Assembly (NCBI GenBank): GCA_002269645.1
Contig: NIVC01000718.1
Coordinates: forward strand, 7,662 to 71,661
Reading direction: 5' to 3'
DNA: 64,000 bases
Source: Macrostomum lignano
Lineage: Eukaryota
The translations under genes were made by a program, and so were the position numbers. The notes below the pieces were generated by a model. It did not search any database. It worked only from the letters and a program-made list of their open reading frames with translations, and had not been told where the DNA came from. This document shows positions 61,864 through 64,000 of the stretch, piece by piece (within the stretch, counting starts at the first letter, position 1; each line of letters opens with the position of its first letter).

Positions 61864-62263
61864 AGAGGAAATCGAGTCGAGGCCCGGCGAAAAATTCGAC
61901 TCCTCTAAACTGATTAGCACCGCCGTGTCGAACGTCATCTGTCGATTTCTGTTTGGTCGACGACTCGCGTCGGAGGACTCCAAGTTCGAGCTGTTGCAGA
62001 ACACCTTCGCCAAACTGACGCAGGAGAAGGACAACATCAGCGAGCTGTTTGCGCTCTTCATCGTGCTGAATCTGTGCGGTGGCAGACAGAAACTGGCCCT
62101 GAAGTTGCTGCAGTACGTGCCCGAAGCTAAAAAAGTGTTTGACAACTTTCTCTACCTGTTGGCCTACTGTAAGAACATCACTGCCGAGCATAGAGACAAT
62201 TTTCTGCCGAACTGTCAACCCAGAGACTACATTGAAGCGCACATGCTGCACTGCAGCAGGCGG
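61864..62263 (+). CDS. Cytochrome P450 exon 2
   Basis: TTCCAG acceptor in phase 2; AVSNVICRFLFGRR and PRDYIEA; GTGAGT donor in phase 0. Confidence 0.92.
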
Positions 62264-62699
62264 GTGAGTAGCCTCGCTTCGAGCGTCTTTGATGTGCACT
62301 CTTGACAGGGTTAGATTCCGTTCGCAGTCACAATAATTTGGGACTCCTGAACTAGAACCTGAAGCCATTCCCCATGGCACAGATGGTGTGAATTCCTGAC
62401 GATGTACGAGTACCATAGGTCAGGATTCCTGCAGAAAACACGCGGGTTCAGCGTCGCTTTAGTTTGTTGCATTCAAATGACAATTTAAAAAAAAGTAGAC
62501 CATCGTGAGTCGAGAAACGCTTTGTAGGACTTGGTTGGGGCAGTTTCATTGTTCTAGTGAGGCTAAATTTAATCGCTTTGATTCTTCTAGTTTTGCCAAA
62601 ATCAACTGTCCAATTTCCAGGAACCCGAAAACCCGTCCACCGAAGACTCCGACGCCGATGCTGACTCGTCATCACAAGCAATAAGAAGCCGCTAAATAG

Positions 62700-63358
62700 C
62701 CAGCAACCTTGGTGTTCAACGACACCAGACTCTGCTTGGCAATGGCCGATCTATTTGTGGCAGGCAGTGACACGACTACAACAACCATCCGATGGGCTTT
62801 GCTGCTGTTCCACCAGAACCCGCACTGCTACCAACTGGCCTCGGAAGAAGTCGGCCGCGAGATCGGATTCGACAGACCGCCGACGATGAAGGACGTCTTG
62901 TCTGCCACTCTCTGCAGGCCAGCATCGACGAGGTGCATCGTTGTGCCTGTCTTGTGCCTCTGGGACTCCTGCACCGGACTCTGGAGGACACCAGTTTGCT
63001 CGGCTACGACATCCCGAAGGACTCGCTGACATTTGTAAATCAGTACAGCGTCAACAACAACGCCGAAGTGTTCCCGCAGCCGGAGCGATTCTGTCCGGAG
63101 AGATTTCTCGACGGGGAGGGTCGCTACTCGCCCAGCGATCACGTGATGCCATTCTCAACTGGCAAGCGAGCGTGTCTGGGCGAGAGCCTGGCCCGCATGG
63201 AGCTGTTCCTCATCATAGCCGGCTTGCTGCAGCGGTACGAAGGGATCGAGGTGGCATCGGAGACTGGCCAAGATCTGGGGGCCGGAGCAGAGCTTCCAAC
63301 AACGCCAGGGGATATTCGAGCTCCACCACCGTTCACTCTGAAATTCCACCCGCGTTAA
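62700..63358 (+). CDS. Cytochrome P450 exon 3 with one apparent 1-bp deletion at ~62894
   Basis: I-helix DLFVAGSDTT, K-helix EVHR, PERF and heme motif FSTGKRACLG; restoring GAC-CGT joins the frames (about 519 aa in total). The acceptor position is uncertain. Confidence 0.88.
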
Positions 63359-63689
63359 TTCGGATCTCAACATTGGCAAACAGGGATTTACGCTACTAAA
63401 CTGGATAATGAGACCAGTAACAGTCCATAATTACACAAAAAATGATCGATTCATGAAAGCGTACCTTCCTTTTTACTTGAAATCTTTTTCAAACACTCAT
63501 TTCGCATGTTTATATTCAGATACAACAATTTTATGCTTCGTGCATTATTTTGTATATAATTAATTTTAATTCTCCACATACCGTACTGAAATTTATTGTA
63601 ACTTTCCATTTTCATCGAGTTTTTTGGTAAAAATAATACACTAGGGGAAACATTCCAATACACTATGAGGTCAAAATTTGCACTGATCA

Positions 63690-63976
63690 TTTTTTTAATT
63701 ACACCTACCCCAATAGGCAGATGTGCAACCGACAGCTCAGCCGCAGCTATTGCGCGCGCATCTGAAGGCTGCGTACGGCTGTTCAGTCCAAGGACTGGGG
63801 GGGGCCACACAACCCCAATTACCCAGCTAATGCTGGATCCATTTTACAGCTGGGTGAACTGAAGCAATGCAGAGTTAAGTGTCTTGCTCAAGGGCACGAA
63901 TTGTTCCGAGTAGGTCGAAAATCGAACCCGATTTTTCAGTCGTGAGTCCGACGCTCTGACCACTGGCTACAACCCC
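63690..63976 (-). mobile_element. Most complete tRNA-derived CORE-type SINE copy
   Basis: Minus strand: A box TAGCCAGTGG, B box GGTTCGATT, CORE-like GTGCCCTTGAGCAAGACACTTAACTCTG...CAGCTGTAAAATGG; the 3' end is approximate. Confidence 0.8.
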
Positions 63977-64000
63977 TTTATCAGTATTATACTGTTCATG

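Noticed and set aside
63905-63976. tRNA gene (also at 23208 and 56150-56206)
   Set aside because: The anticodon and acceptor stems do not pair and the sequence runs into a CORE-like body, so these are SINE heads.

Overview
Animal genomic DNA in which roughly one third of the bases are intronic or intergenic micro- and minisatellites. This style suggests a Macrostomum-like flatworm, which is an inference, not a database result. Most long ORFs in the supplied track are artefacts of these repeats. Four spliced host genes can be rebuilt with phase-consistent GT-AG junctions: a CUPID/DUF3338 (FRMD4/CCDC120/INAVA-type) coiled-coil gene (+, about 11.3-24.6 kb), a MATE/SLC47 transporter (-, 28249-31741), a divergent two-exon rhodopsin-type GPCR (+, 46932-53741) and a clan-2 cytochrome P450 (+, 60082-63358). 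Mobile DNA comprises: a full-length LOA-clade-like non-LTR retrotransposon (-, 39588-45481, 12-bp TSD) whose 5' end folds into a candidate HDV-like self-cleaving ribozyme; a Chapaev-type transposon with a RAG1-like core and ~370-bp TIRs inside the GPCR intron (48087-51427); three hAT-like MITEs carrying a 21-bp minisatellite; and three tRNA-derived CORE-type SINE copies. Four frameshifts all fall in homopolymer or dinucleotide runs and may be assembly errors. No rRNA, true tRNA or CRISPR array is supported.
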